A stretch of DNA of 64,000 bases from assembly GCA_001179505.1 (NCBI GenBank), contig CDMY01001052.1, forward strand, positions 1 to 64,000, in the 5' to 3' direction. The notes under the pieces are model-generated. The model was not told the origin of the DNA and ran no database searches. It saw only the letters and a program-made list of their open reading frames with translations. Positions 48,125 to 60,877 of the stretch are shown piece by piece. Both the position numbers and the translations under genes were made by a program. How positions within the stretch are numbered: the stretch's first letter is position 1; every line of letters begins with the position of its first letter. The stretch is from Vitrella brassicaformis CCMP3155. Taxonomy: Eukaryota > Protista > Chromerida.

Positions 48125-50177
48125 TCATCCCGTCTCTGCTGGCTCAGCTTCTACGAGACCCTGGTTGATGAGGAGCTGCTGGAGCTCCCCCTTGTCGAAC
48201 ATCTCAGACACAATGTCCGCACCGCCAACGAACTCGCCACTGACATACAACTGCGGGATGGTCGGCCAGTCTGAGAACTCCTTGATGCCCTGCACACGCA
48301 CACGCACACGCACACGCACACGACAGACACATGTGTGTGTGTGTGCATGTGCGTGTGTGGACAGTGCAGTGCAGAGGAACGCCGTCGACCTCTCTGATGG
48401 CCATGGACGAGAGGACGTCTACAGAGACGAATTCGAGGCCGAGTGTTCTGAGGATGGCCACCACTGACGCCGAGAAGCCACACTGCGGGGTGGACGGGGT
48501 GCCCTGAATGAAGAAGAAGAAGAAACAAACGCAGGTACGGATCAGGGCAGCCCCGAGGAGTCGAGTCGGATGGAATGAATGAAGCACCGAGTGAGTGTGC
48601 CTGTCCTGTCCGTCCGTCGCTGGGTGTTACCTTCATGAAGAGAACAACTTTATGCTCCCTCACAATGTCACTGCAGCCAGCCAGCCAGCATCCAATCCGT
48701 GTTGTTGTCCATCTCACATCTCACTGGCCGGCTGACTCACTGACTCACTCAATGACTTCTTTAATGGGTTTGTTGATCTCTCGCCTCGTCGTCTTGGGCG
48801 CGTCAGCCTTTGAGGGATCCTGCACCACACACACACCGCCACTCGTGTGTGTGTGTGTGTGTGTGCGTGAGTGTGGTGGTGCGTGTGGCTTTGCTTGCCT
48901 TGAGGTACTCGAGCACACTGTCGACGAAGCTGTTGTCGCCCTCCCCCAGCCACTCCACCTCCAAGTCACTGTTGACTACACAGGCAAACCTGAACCAACC
49001 AACACCCAATGCAAGCAAACCATCCATCCATCGCACAAAGAAGGCAATCAATCAGTGTGAGCCTTAGTTCTCGCCACCGACCTTCTCGCCCTGAGGCCCA
49101 TCAGCGCCCTGGAAGCGTCGAGCTCCATCCCTGACGCCTGGTGGAGTGGACGGAATGATGAATGGTGTAACCATAGATGCGATGATGCATTCCTTCATGC
49201 GTGCGGCCCACGTCCACGCTACGCTTCACACGCACCCGAGTGAACTCGGCGTTTCCGTCGGATATCATCATGACGCGGCCCTCCACGCCCGCGTTGCTCG
49301 ACCATGCTGCACACACACACAAAGGAAGGAAACCTCATGTGTGTGGAGTGGAGTACAGTGAGGGCGTTGGTCAATTCAGGCTGGATTGACCGCACCCCAC
49401 ACACGAATGCGTGGCGTGCCCCGCACACCGACAGACCTTTGAGGACGAATGGATCTGCAAACAAACAGCCAGCCAGCCAGCCAGACAGCAAGCCAGCCAG
49501 CGAGCCACTTTTCTGTCCTCCCGTCCGTTGCCCTCCCTCCCTCACGCACCATTGACAGCGAGGCAGGCCACGACGTCCACGCCAAATGACTTGATCTCAT
49601 CCACCTTCTCCAAGAAGCCTGGAAGGTGCTTCTCAGAACAGGTGGGCGTGAACGCACCTGTGGATCCGTTGCACCGCACCGTCCACACCCACACGCCAAG
49701 CGACACACACAATGCTGCAATGCATCCCACCTGGCACTGCAAAGAGGACGCTCCTCTTCCCCCGAAAGATGTCATCAATCATCACCTGCACGTACAACAC
49801 GCACGCACCAGAAGCGCCAGATGGCCCAGGGATACAATACAATACACTGCACACCATCACGATCATGAGCATCCCGCCCTTCTCACCTCAGCGTCGAGTG
49901 GCAGCGTCCTCACGCGCGCTGATGGGATGGGGTTGCCCCTGCTCAGCTTCATCCGCAGCAGGCTCCGGTGGTGGTGGTGGTGGTGCCTGTGATGCCGCGC
50001 TGCTGCTTCTCTCGCAGGGACTCGGGAGGAAGGAGAGGACAGGGGCGATGGATATCGGTGGAGGGAAAGGGTGAATGCATATGCGTCGGTGCATCTTGCG
50101 GTGAGGAGTGAGGCGGCCACAGCCCAGAGGCTGACCGTCGATAAACATGTACCTTCGAGAGGAGGAAAGATCATCAT
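48125..50177 (-). CDS. Type II peroxiredoxin (Prx5-like) fused to a monothiol CGFS glutaredoxin, with bipartite-like leader
   Basis: Prx: [42 protein letters not shown]. Grx: [38 protein letters not shown]. The junction is a GC-AG intron at 48898-48820. Confidence 0.82.
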
Positions 50178-50540
50178 GTCGTGCGCCGCAGCAGGCGACA
50201 ATTAGTGCGCAATAGCGGTACGTCGCCCTTGCACAGCTCTAGCTATCACACAGCTCTCTGCCTGGCTGTGCGTGTTGCATGTTCGCATACTTACGTAGCT
50301 AGGCCTATCCGTCCGTCGCATTCTCTGTCCATCCATCCATCCAGAGAACAAACAGCACGGACGTCTTCACCAGACGCACGCGCACACGGATACATACACC
50401 CCAACACAACACGCACGATACCATAACCACATCATTCAATCCATCTCTCTCAGCTGTACAAGTACTTAGCCGCCCCCCCTCCCCCGCCCTGCCCTGCCTG
50501 TCTTCCCCCTTAGACAGCCTGTGTGCCGGCCGGCCGTCAC

Positions 50541-52514
50541 TCACTTTGACCGTTTTTTGTTGTGTTTGGCGGTGGCGCTGCTGCTGAGCTCTTCGGGTGT
50601 TGCCCGAGTCCACTCCACAAACGCCTCGTACCCGCTCCTCTTGGTGATGAGGCCGCTGATGAAGGCGTCAGACGACCGCCCACGCCACGGCACCGCCCGC
50701 ATGGACGCACCCACAGCCGCACCGATGCGGAATGGCACCAGCTGCAGACAGACACACAGGTCCGCCCATTCATCCAGCCAGCAAGACGGCATTGTTTTGT
50801 TTGTCTACTTGTTCACTCACCTTATTGGCGGATCTTCTCTTGAGCGACGCCTTTCGCCCGGCGTCATCGGCTCCGTGCCGCGCCAGGTACTGCTCGAACT
50901 CGGAGGACCAGTCGATGGTGTGCTCGACGGGGCAGGCGTCCGCCGTGGCGCCCAGAATGTACGTGTTGGTCGGCGAGAGCATCGCACCACCCACACCCTG
51001 CTGCTGCTGCTGCTGCTGGGAGGCCGCGGCCGTCTTGTTGATTCGCTCCTGGAGGAACCCTCTTCCCTTCTCCTCATTGATCTGCGCGTTTTAGACAGAC
51101 AGACACACACACAGACACATAGATGCCGACCGACAACACACCATTGTGGTTGCGCACTGCCCTGCACTGCACTGCACTGCCTGCGCTGGTTTACGATGCT
51201 GATCATCTTGCTGAGTCTCTGCTGCTGCATGAGGGGCGGGGGGCAGCGGTCCTCTCTGTGCCAGGTCACCAACGACGTCAGCAGGCAGCTGTGCCCGTTG
51301 CGGGTGGAGTTCAGCAGCGGCGCCCAGGAAGGCAACACGCTCTCGAAACCTGCGTGAAACCAAGAGAGATCGCCACCGTGTGTCTGTGTGTGTGTGTGTG
51401 TGAGCCGGTCGCTGACCGAAGTACTGTGCCGCGGCGAATATGGAGGCGTCGACACGGTCGAAGAGGAGAGCCCCGCTGTCTGTGCCGTCCTGATGTGTGT
51501 CGACAGGGAAGAAGTGCGTGAGAGCCTGCCCTTTTGTGTTGAGTTGGCTGATGAGGTCGGGCAGGCCCTGCACATACACACACGACACAAGGCAACGGAT
51601 CGGACATGTCTGTCTATGTCTGTGTGTCTGTGTGTGTGTGGATGGGTGACTGTGTGACCCTTGCGCCTCTGCATGTGACGCAGATGTCCACTTCATGCGC
51701 CTCCAAGGACGACACGAACGACTCGAGCAAGTCCCTGCACACACACACATACACATGAGGGAGGGAGGGAGGGAGGGAGGGGGGTACTCACCCACCTCAG
51801 TGCAAAGTAGAGTGCCCCATGCAGGTCATTCGTCGGCACGTGATGCCGTCTCCCTGTCTCAATCACAGCCTACACCNNNNNNNNNNNNNNNNNNNNNNNN
51901 NNNNNNNNNNNNNNNNNNNNNNNNNNNNNNNNNNNNNNNNNNNNNNNNNNNNNNNNNNNNNNNNNNNNNNNNNNNNNNNNNNNNNNNNNNNNNNNNNNNN
52001 NNNNNNNNNNNNNNNNNNNNNNNNNNNNNNNNNNNNNNNNNNNNNNNNNNNNNNNNNNNNNNNNNNNNNNNNNNNNNNNNNNNNNNNNNNNNNNNNNNNN
52101 NNNNNNNNNNNNNNNNNNNNNNNNNNNNNNNNNNNNNNNNNNNNNNNNNNNNNNNNNNNNNNNNNNNNNNNNNNNNCCCCCCCCCCCCCCCCCCCCCCCC
52201 CCCACACACACAGAGGGAGACAGACGATGAGAGAGCCGAGCAGCCACATCACACACATCCCATCAAATGACTGACGCCGGCCGTCTGCCACTGCTCACGC
52301 ACTGTGAGACTCACAGGTGTGTCCCATCCCGCCAGCGGCTCGGCGTTTTCGACAATCATGCACCCATGGTCTCGGTCAAATTGCAGCGGGTTCACGCGAC
52401 AGAAGTGCGATTCGGGAGCCCCCATGGGCAGCAGCAGGCCGCCAGTGCGCCACCGGACCAAAGGCAGCCTGTGTGAATGAGGGAGGGAGGGAGGGAGGAG
52501 GCTGTCATCTGGTC

Positions 52515-52551
<37 letters not shown>

Positions 52552-54644
52552 TGTATGTCTGTTTGTGTGGTTACTTCTGTCTGGGGTCTGGCATGAGGAA
52601 GTATCGATTCTCGCGGGCCATCTGGTACTCGACGTGCCCACGAAGCTGAGTCATGAACTCCCGCCGCTGCTTCAAGACGCCTGCCGCGTCCACACACACA
52701 CACGTTTGTTCGGTCGGCCACTGCACTCACTCATTCGCACCCCCACCTCACCATTGATGTCGGGTTTGTCTCTGCTCATTTTGATGACGGCTTGTAGGCA
52801 TGCGCGTATCAGGGAGCGCGGCTCTCCCGGCTCGAAGCGCGTCAGCAGCCGGCTGCTGCTGCTGCTGCTGCCACTGCTGCCGGTGGTGGTGGGATTGTCG
52901 CTCTCGGCCATGTATGGCCACTCACCATCCGTCTCGTCGGTGTCAAGCAGGAGTTTCTCCAACTGACCGACACAGACACAGACACCCACCAAGAGACACC
53001 GTCGACGACATGACGGGTGTGTGCACACCCCTCCCCCCCACCATCTGTCTGTCTGTCTGTCTGTCTGTCTGTCGACTCACCCACCATACCACACCATACC
53101 ATGTGTCCCTGGACGTGCGTCAGGGCGGCCGAGTACCACAGTGCGATGGCCAGGTCGATGCCCTCCCTCCCATAGGTATACAGCACCCGCAGTATCATCA
53201 GGTTGCCCACCACCACCAGCGGCATGTAGTCGTTGACCAGGACACGCACCGCCAGCCGCCCACAGCCGTCACCTCTTGGCAGCCTGGCAATAGTAGTAAT
53301 GACGTGCCGCAGATCTCCGCTCGCCGCGAAGCAGAGGTGGAGAGGGGGGATGGTGGCTGGTGCGGCTGGTGCGTCGGTGTCTTTGAGCTCGTTGTCTGGG
53401 AGGTTGAGGAGGTCGTATGCCGGGAGGTTGCCCCAGTTCACCTGGTGGCCATGGATATTGGGCGTGTCGGGCACGCTGAACGTACGCAACAATTAAAGGG
53501 AAGACACACACGGCCAGATGGCCGGGAGTGAGTGCTCTGTGAGACTGTGTGGGTGTGGGTGTGGGTATGGATATGTGGTTACTTACGGTAGCCATTGCTC
53601 GTGTGGGTGGGTGACAGATCTGGGCAGCCAGTCCTTCGAGCCCATAGGGTCCTTGCACAGCTTCTTGTGCGTCGGCCAATGGCTCACCTGACACTCCTTG
53701 CAACAATACCTGCGTCCATCCATCCAGACACACACAGACACACACACACACATCATCTGGTCCACCCACTCTGCTGGCTCATGGCTGCCTGCCCTGCCCC
53801 CTCACTGACCTGACGAGCTTACACGACCCGCACTCAGACCTGCCCATCTCAGTACACCCATTCCCCGCACTACTGTTGGCACACGGACAGCAGTCCATCT
53901 GCCCCCCGTCCGGCCGGCTGCCCATCAGCCGCCTGCAGCCTTTCTCCATCAGCCGCTGCACTTTGGCCAGCGACACGTCGGTGTGCTGCTGCACGAAGCC
54001 TTCGAAGCGAGATGTGAACTCGGCGTTGAAGACGTGCATAAGACCGAGGGCCTGGCGGGCCTTTGGGCGGAGTGGCTGGGGCAGCTCCACCTTCTCACGG
54101 ACATAGTTCTCGGGCAGATAGCTGACACACACGCGCAGACAGGGAGAGAGAGAGAGAGAGAGAGAGAGAGGCTGATATGATGCGCACACGGTGGGTGCTC
54201 TGTTGGTTCCATTGGTTGGCTGACTTGACTTGCCTGTCATAGAGCGTGAGCAGCCACAGAGCCCTCTCCCCCTCCCCCTCCTCTCCACTAGTACTGGTCG
54301 GCACCACCCTTCTGTAGGCATCCTTCAGTCGGTCCAGACACTCGGCAGCCACACTCACCACCGACACGACACCAACACCCTCCCCCTCCCCGAGTGGTTC
54401 GCCCAGCCGGCTGGCTGCCTCTGCCTCCTCATCTGCCTCGATCCGGCGCTGATTCTCCCGCTTCCACCGGTCCTCTAGCTCTTTTTGCGTCTCCCGCGCC
54501 CGGGCGTTGTTGGGCTCCAGCTCCAGACACGCACATATGCTCCGCTCGGCCTCCGAGTAGTTCTCGAGGGCCATCATTGCACGCGCCCGGCGGAGATGGC
54601 CTCTGCTCCAACCTGCCGACAGGCATGCATGTCTGTCTGTCTGT

Positions 54645-54676
<32 letters not shown>

Positions 54677-55057
54677 TTGGTTTGTGTGTCTGTGTGTCAG
54701 ACTGTCTTTCTGTGGCGCTCAAGCAATTAAGTACCTACCTGGATTGATCCGTATGCATTTCTCGGCGTCGGAGAGCGCCTCGTGCGGCTGACCGTTGGCG
54801 AGATATGCGGCTGAGCGGTTGCTGTGGTAGTGGACGGGTACGGATCCCGTGGCCCGGGCGATGATCTGGATGGCTTCGGTGAAGCACGCGATGGCCGCCT
54901 CGTACTCGAGCGCATCGAACTGCTCGTTGCCCTTCCGCCGCAAAGACTCGGCTGCATCACACTCGCGGTGGGATGACGACATTTTCCCTTTCTCCTTCCC
55001 TCGCGCGAGCTGGCGTCTTGGGGGCGGTGACTCGGAAGAGGCCCGCAGTCTCAGCAT
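50541..55057 (-). CDS. TPR plus MYND zinc finger plus DUF4470 protein (spans a gap)
   Basis: TPR RRKGNEQF...SNRSAAYL...[43 protein letters not shown]; DUF4470-like WGNLPAYDLLNLPDNE...LCFAASGDLRHV...VNDY; start may be 54979, 55057 or 55087. Confidence 0.82.
51877..52176. other. Assembly gap (300 N) followed by a C homopolymer
   Basis: 300 N then about 27 C. Confidence 0.99.
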
Positions 55058-55068
55058 CGTGGGAAGTG

Positions 55069-57904
55069 ATGACCACAGCCTGGCCATCGCACGAGAGCCG
55101 CGATGCGGAACTGGAGGCCGTGCAGGACGGCGCCCCCGCCCCGCTCTCCGACGTGATTCAGAAGAGAGAGGAGGGACCCGGTGTCACTGAGGTGCATGAA
55201 GGCGATATCGGCAAGGGCAAGGGCGACAAAGGAGATGAACGTGATCATGCCCAGAGAGAGGGGGAAGTGCCCGACGAGTCGGATGACCCCTTCGTGAAGG
55301 ATGTTCTGCAGGAGTCTCAGCGGTCCTCGGCCCGCGCTCCGCCGTCGAAGCGCTTCACGTCGGGCTGGATGCGCATTCTGCACGGCTTTTGGCTGCTGGG
55401 CTTTGTGGCTTTCGGCGGCCCCATTGCCCACCTCGGCATGTTTGAGAGGGAATTTGTGGAGAGGTCAGTCAGTTTCAATTGGTTGGTCGACGTCGGCGCG
55501 TGCAGTGGTCAGTCACTTGGTTTAAACAATGTCTGCAGGCGTGGTTGGCTGTCGATGGAGGTCTTCACCGAGATGATCGCCCTCGGACAGTGCCTGCCCG
55601 GGCCAACCTCCACACAGGTGGTCAACTGACTGACTCGTGCACTGCACGGCTGCGTGTCTCTGCCTCTCTGGACGGCCAGTGCGCGGATGGATGGATGGAT
55701 GTGTGACGACGCAGATAGCATTTGCCCTCGGGACCACACAAGAGGGGCTGCTGGGCGGCATTCTCTCTGGATGTCTCTTCCTCTTCCCCGGCTTTTTCCT
55801 GCAGATCATCGCAGGTAGGTCGGTCGGTCGGTCGACGGATGAGACACACACACACTTTCGCACGCACCAGTCACCCCTTCTGCGTACCTGTGTGTGTGCG
55901 TGTGTATATGCGTGACACACAGGTGTTGGTGCGGCAGAGATTCTGGAGAGGCCCTCGATCTTCGTCCGATGCCTCAATGGAGGTAGGTGCGGGGGCATTG
56001 GCTGGCTGGCTGGCGGCGAATTCAGAACCAAGCGCATATAATTGGATATGTGTGTGTGTAGGGCTGAGTGCGACAGGCATAGCTCTCGTGTGGGCGGCTG
56101 CCGTGGGGCTGGGCAGGAAGACCATGAAGGACAAAGTCACAATCGTATGTAGTCAGTCCAAGAAACACACACACACACAGACACACAACAGACACGAGCA
56201 CCGCAGCTGTGCATGTCTCATGCACGAATGTTGCAATGCCTGCCTGCAGGCTTTGGGTGTGTTGTCGGCGGTGGTGTCGTATTACCACGGCGAGCCCTAC
56301 ATCTTCCCCACGCTCATCGTCTTCGGCGGCCTCACCACCATCGCCTTCCACACCTACATGAAAACAGACCTCACCCTCAAAGACAAAGACCACGAGACGA
56401 CAGTAAGTACTAGGCCTCCTCGACACACGGGGCGCAGAGAGCCCTCTCTCTCTCTCTCTCTCTCTATTCTGTGGCCATGTGCTGTGCGTGTGTCTGTCTG
56501 TCTGGATGTGGGATGTGTGTGTCATCGCTGTGCACTGCAGGTGGGTCAGGGCATCCCTATGTGGCTCGGTGGGACGTTGATCGCTGCGTGGCTGTCGGTG
56601 CTGCTGATTGTGGTGGTCTGGCGGTCCCAGCTCGACTACGAAGACGCCAAAGCACTCTTCTGGTGTGCACTGCAGCATGACACTCATATTCCCACTACCC
56701 ATCCATCCATCCATCTGTATCTCTGTGTGTGTGTGTGTGTGTCTGTGTGTGTCTGGTGAGGTTTGAGTCGTTTTACCGCACCGGGTCGATGATCTTCGGC
56801 GGCGGCCAAGTCGTGCTGCCTCTCATACTTGAGTGAGGGAGCGCGTCAACCGATACTTAATGAGTGGATTGCCGGACTGACGAGTGCCTGCCTTCCTGCA
56901 ATGTCTTGTCTTGTTTTGTCGTGTGGCCGGGACACACAGGGAGGTGAGCACGAGTTCCGAGTCCTGCTCAACGATCGATGGAAAGGTGGGGAGGGCATCC
57001 GATAAGCGGACGGACACATCGCATCGACCACAGCATATATACGATACGATCGATGGTGTCTCATATCTGTGTGTTCACAGACGGTGTGCGACACCGTCGT
57101 AGAGCCCACCATCCGAGAGGGAGGACGCTCGTGGGTCAGCGAGGAGGAATTCCTGGCCGGTTAGCAAGATGCCTCTCTCCCTCCCTCCCTCCATCTTGCA
57201 CACATCCGGATGGTCGTCTGTCTGTCTGTCTGTCTCTTTCTGTGTGCCTGTGACTGGCAGGTCTGGCGATATCTCAGTCCTTCCCCGGGCCTCTTTTCAA
57301 CTTCTCGTCTTACCTTGGGTGGCTCGTCGGCGAATTCCCTGGCGCACTCCTCTGCTGGTACGATGGGGCGGCCATGGTATCCGATCCTCCCTCTTTGATC
57401 GTCACTCGGCCTGTCCATATTGATGCGATTGATTGAAGGCTCGGTCTGTTCTCTCCCGGTGTGATACTGATATTCGGTCTGCTGCCGTTCTGGAAGCAAC
57501 TGAGGAAGGCGTCCATCTACCGCCGGGCGCTCCCCGGCCTCAATGCGTCGGCCGCCGGGCTGGTCTTCGCGGCTTGTGCGTCCCTTTGCTTCAAGGTCAG
57601 TGAGTGAATGAGTGAGTCGAATGGCATGTATATGGTGAGTGAGTGAGTGGGTGTGGACGGGCGGTGGTCAGGCGCTGGACAACTCGCCCTTTGTGCACAC
57701 GTCGGTGTGCATCGGCATGATCGGCTTTGCCCTCATCTACGCCTACAAACTGTCGGCACCACTGGTCGTCATCACAGGCAAGCAGCCAGGCAGAGACTAG
57801 AGACACGCATCATGATGTCTCTCCCCTGCATATGGGTGTGTCGGTGTGTGTCCCACTCAGGTGGTATTCTGGGCATCATTGGATGGGCGACGGACATGAG
57901 GTGA
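55069..57904 (+). CDS. Long-chain chromate ion transporter (CHR/ChrA family)
   Basis: Two homologous halves: LGFVAFGGPIAHLG...LGQCLPGPTSTQ and FYRTGSMIFGGGQVVLPL...WVSEEEFLAGLAISQSFPGPLFNFSSYLG; LPGLNASAAGLV. Confidence 0.92.
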
Positions 57905-58180
57905 CGCGAAGGACAAGCCAAGCTTCGAGCAGCCTTTATTGATGATGCGTTGTGTGCGCTGCGCACATGATGGATGGAGTGAGGACATGCAAGACGCGCA
58001 CAGTACCTGCAGAAGGATAGATGCGTTATGATTCAGTGCACACAGATGGATCATGAACAACAAAGAAACGTGGCCAGCTGGCTCCACAAAATCTCGTTCA
58101 CTCAGCAATCCTAAGGACAAATACGACCCAAGCAGACCAGGGATGGCCTTCCGCACGGTCGCCGATCACGGCCTCTGCAT

Positions 58181-58352
58181 ATGTAAGAGCATGCAGCATG
58201 CATTCAAACAACTTGGTTGGTGGATGCCCTTCCGTGTCTCAATGCATTGATTGGTACAGAAACGAGCTGCCGGCCGCCTTAAAGTACTCACACAAACGGG
58301 CTTGTCGGCTGCCAGAATATCACCGAGTGCGACTTGAGTGTCAGAGCCAGCG
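58181..58352. repeat. Inverted repeat copy B (partner at 1-176)
   Basis: The reverse complement matches window bases 1-176. Confidence 0.95.
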
Positions 58353-59885
58353 ACAGCCCCAGCGACTGGCCGCCGACGTACGCTAAGAAGGTGAAGGCCC
58401 CAGCCATCTCCTTTTGGTGTGACGGCACGTGAGCCAGCGGCTCTACGGCACACACGGCGACAGGGTAGCCGTGCGTCAGGGCCATCAACAGCATGCACGA
58501 AAATGCACCTGCAGGCAGACAGACAGGAGACGCAACGAAGAAAGAAGGGGACTTGGCTGGGGCGGTGAGTGGACGGATGGCTGGAGTGGATGGATGGATG
58601 GCTACCTGCGTCGAAGCCCCAGTGGTTGCCGTCGTAAGCCCTTATCAGTAGGAATGCCGGGAAGAAGACTGACCGCGCTACCGTCAGGAGACACAGATTC
58701 GCCAGAGATATGCCGCGAAAACCCGGCAGCTTCGGCAGATATCGACCCAACTGCACCAGTGAAGGCAGAGACACAGACGATATGTGTCTCTGCACACCTG
58801 TCTCTTTGTCTGTGTGGCTGCCTGGCTGCTCACCACGTCAAAGAGGAGGAAATCCCAAAATAGCAGCACGTGGAACCAGCCCGACGATTGAAAGAACCGC
58901 ACAGACGACTCCAGCTCGCTCGCGATGCCGGGAAATATGAGGAACGTTATCAGCCAATTCGCCACCATGACCATCAGCCAGGGCCACACTCGTGCCAGCG
59001 TCACCAAGGGCGCCATCAGCGCAGAGGCCGGCTTCTCGTCTTCAAGTGGTGCGATCCGCGTGTGCGTGCTGATTATCAGAGGCTGGTCGTCGGCTGTCGA
59101 GCCGTCTCTCCCTTTCGTCTTGACTCGCACCACATCAGGATGCGTGTCGACCTGGCAGACGTAGAGGCACAGCGTGAAAAGGTAAAAGGACAAGAGCTCG
59201 GCCGTCCAGACGTAGGCCGCCGTGCGGTGGTCGGCAAAGGCCATCTTTGTGAGCATCTTGGAAATCGACGCGACCAGCCCGCTCACCCCGATCCCCACCA
59301 CAAACGACTGCATATACCTCTCCGGCAAAGCCCCGCACAGCCCGGCAATCGAGCCGTGGGAGAAGGCGTGCGCCGTGCCGGCGACCCCACAGGCGATGGC
59401 CACGGCATCAACCGACGTTAGAAAGACGAACGACGCCAGCGAGGCCGCCTGCAGGATGAGTGCGGGGACGATCTTGGCGGGGTAGGGGATGGAGCTGCCG
59501 ATGCACACCACTATGAGGCCGGTGGCGAAGTTGGCCACCTTGTAGACCGTTGAGAAGGTGTACTCGACGTTCTGCCCGGGGAACACCTGGCGGAAGAAAT
59601 CAACGTACATCAGCAGCTACTCCCAGTCCACCACAGCAAAGGAGAGAGGGGACAACACACACACACATCCATCCATCCATTCATTCTTTTTCTTCGTCTT
59701 TTGCGTGTCCGTTTACGGCGTAGAACGTTAGCACCACCGCCACACCTGCTCACACAATCGAGATGACAAGGTCTCCGCGCTTCCATGTCGCTCTGTTTGT
59801 TCCCCCATGGTTGTTGCCCCCCCATCGCTCACCGAGCAGCGCCATGGTGTAATCCAAGAGATCTACCTTCACATATTTGCCTGCA
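58288..59885 (-). CDS. Equilibrative nucleoside transporter (ENT/SLC29); 5' end unresolved
   Basis: YTMALLGVAVVLTFYAVN...YVDFF, GALPERYMQSFVVGIGVSGLVAS, NWLITFLIFPG, FLLFDVVGRYLP, LTVARSVFFPAF, MALTHGY, KEMAGAF. Confidence 0.9.
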
Positions 59886-60298
59886 CCCATTGGGAATCAA
59901 CCAGGAACCTTATTGCAGCGGGGGGAGGGGGGATGGGGGGGTATCTCATCGTTCGTAAATTTCGGATGCATCCGTCCCATTGTCCCGCGTCGTTGATATC
60001 TTGGTTCTTCTCTCCGTTGCGATGAATCCTCTCGTCCGCGCGTCGTCTGTGAGGGGCGGCATGGCCGTCAATAATATGATAGTCTTGTCATTGCCGTGGC
60101 CCTTCAAGCGGGACCCTGTTGGCGGTGTTTCCCACTGGAACAGCCTCGACTACGCATCCCAACGCAAGAGGGATGTGAGAGGATGCATGTGGGCATTGCG
60201 CGAGGCGAGAATATGGGGAAAATGGCTAGATTCATGAGATGCATGATGGATTGTATATATACCATCCATCCTTTCTTTTGTTTGGTTGTTGCCTGCAG

Positions 60299-60877
60299 AT
60301 GGCCAATGATTTCTGGGCTGAGCAGAGGTCTGAGGGCAACACACCGTTCGTGACGGAAGACGACTGCTACGAGGGCTCGGTCACCGTCGCGCATACGCCG
60401 ATGGAGGTCACCTTCGACCCGGCCACCCGCCGATACTGGCCGCGCAGGGATTCCAAGATGACGTCAGACCCCTACCACTGCGAACCCAAACGGGTGTTTT
60501 GCAGCCTGGAGGTGAGATCGTCAGCCAGAAGACAATGAAAGCGCCACATCCACGCTCAACGGCGGTATCTTCATGGGTGTCCATTTGTTTGTTCACAGGT
60601 TCCCGAGTTGCACAAGATGGGTGCGTATGAGTTGTCGGACATCCTCGAGGGCAAACCCATGGCCAAGAGCAGCCCCTACCCGTCCACCTCATCCATCAGC
60701 ACGGACGCCCCCCACATGCCCACGGGTGATATCGACGACATCGCCGTGCCCGTCAGCAAGGCCAAAACCAGCTCCTGCTTTAGCATCGTGTCCATCCAGA
60801 AGCTCATCAAGTCGCTCGTTAGCTGCAAGATCGGCCCGGGCCCTGCCAAGATCGACGAGCACGAGATCATCATCTGA
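60299..60877 (+). CDS. Small two-exon hypothetical protein
   Basis: MANDFWAEQRSEG...RVFCSLE, then a GT-AG intron at 60512-60598, then VPELHKMGAYELSDIL...KIDEHEII-stop in phase. Confidence 0.6.
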
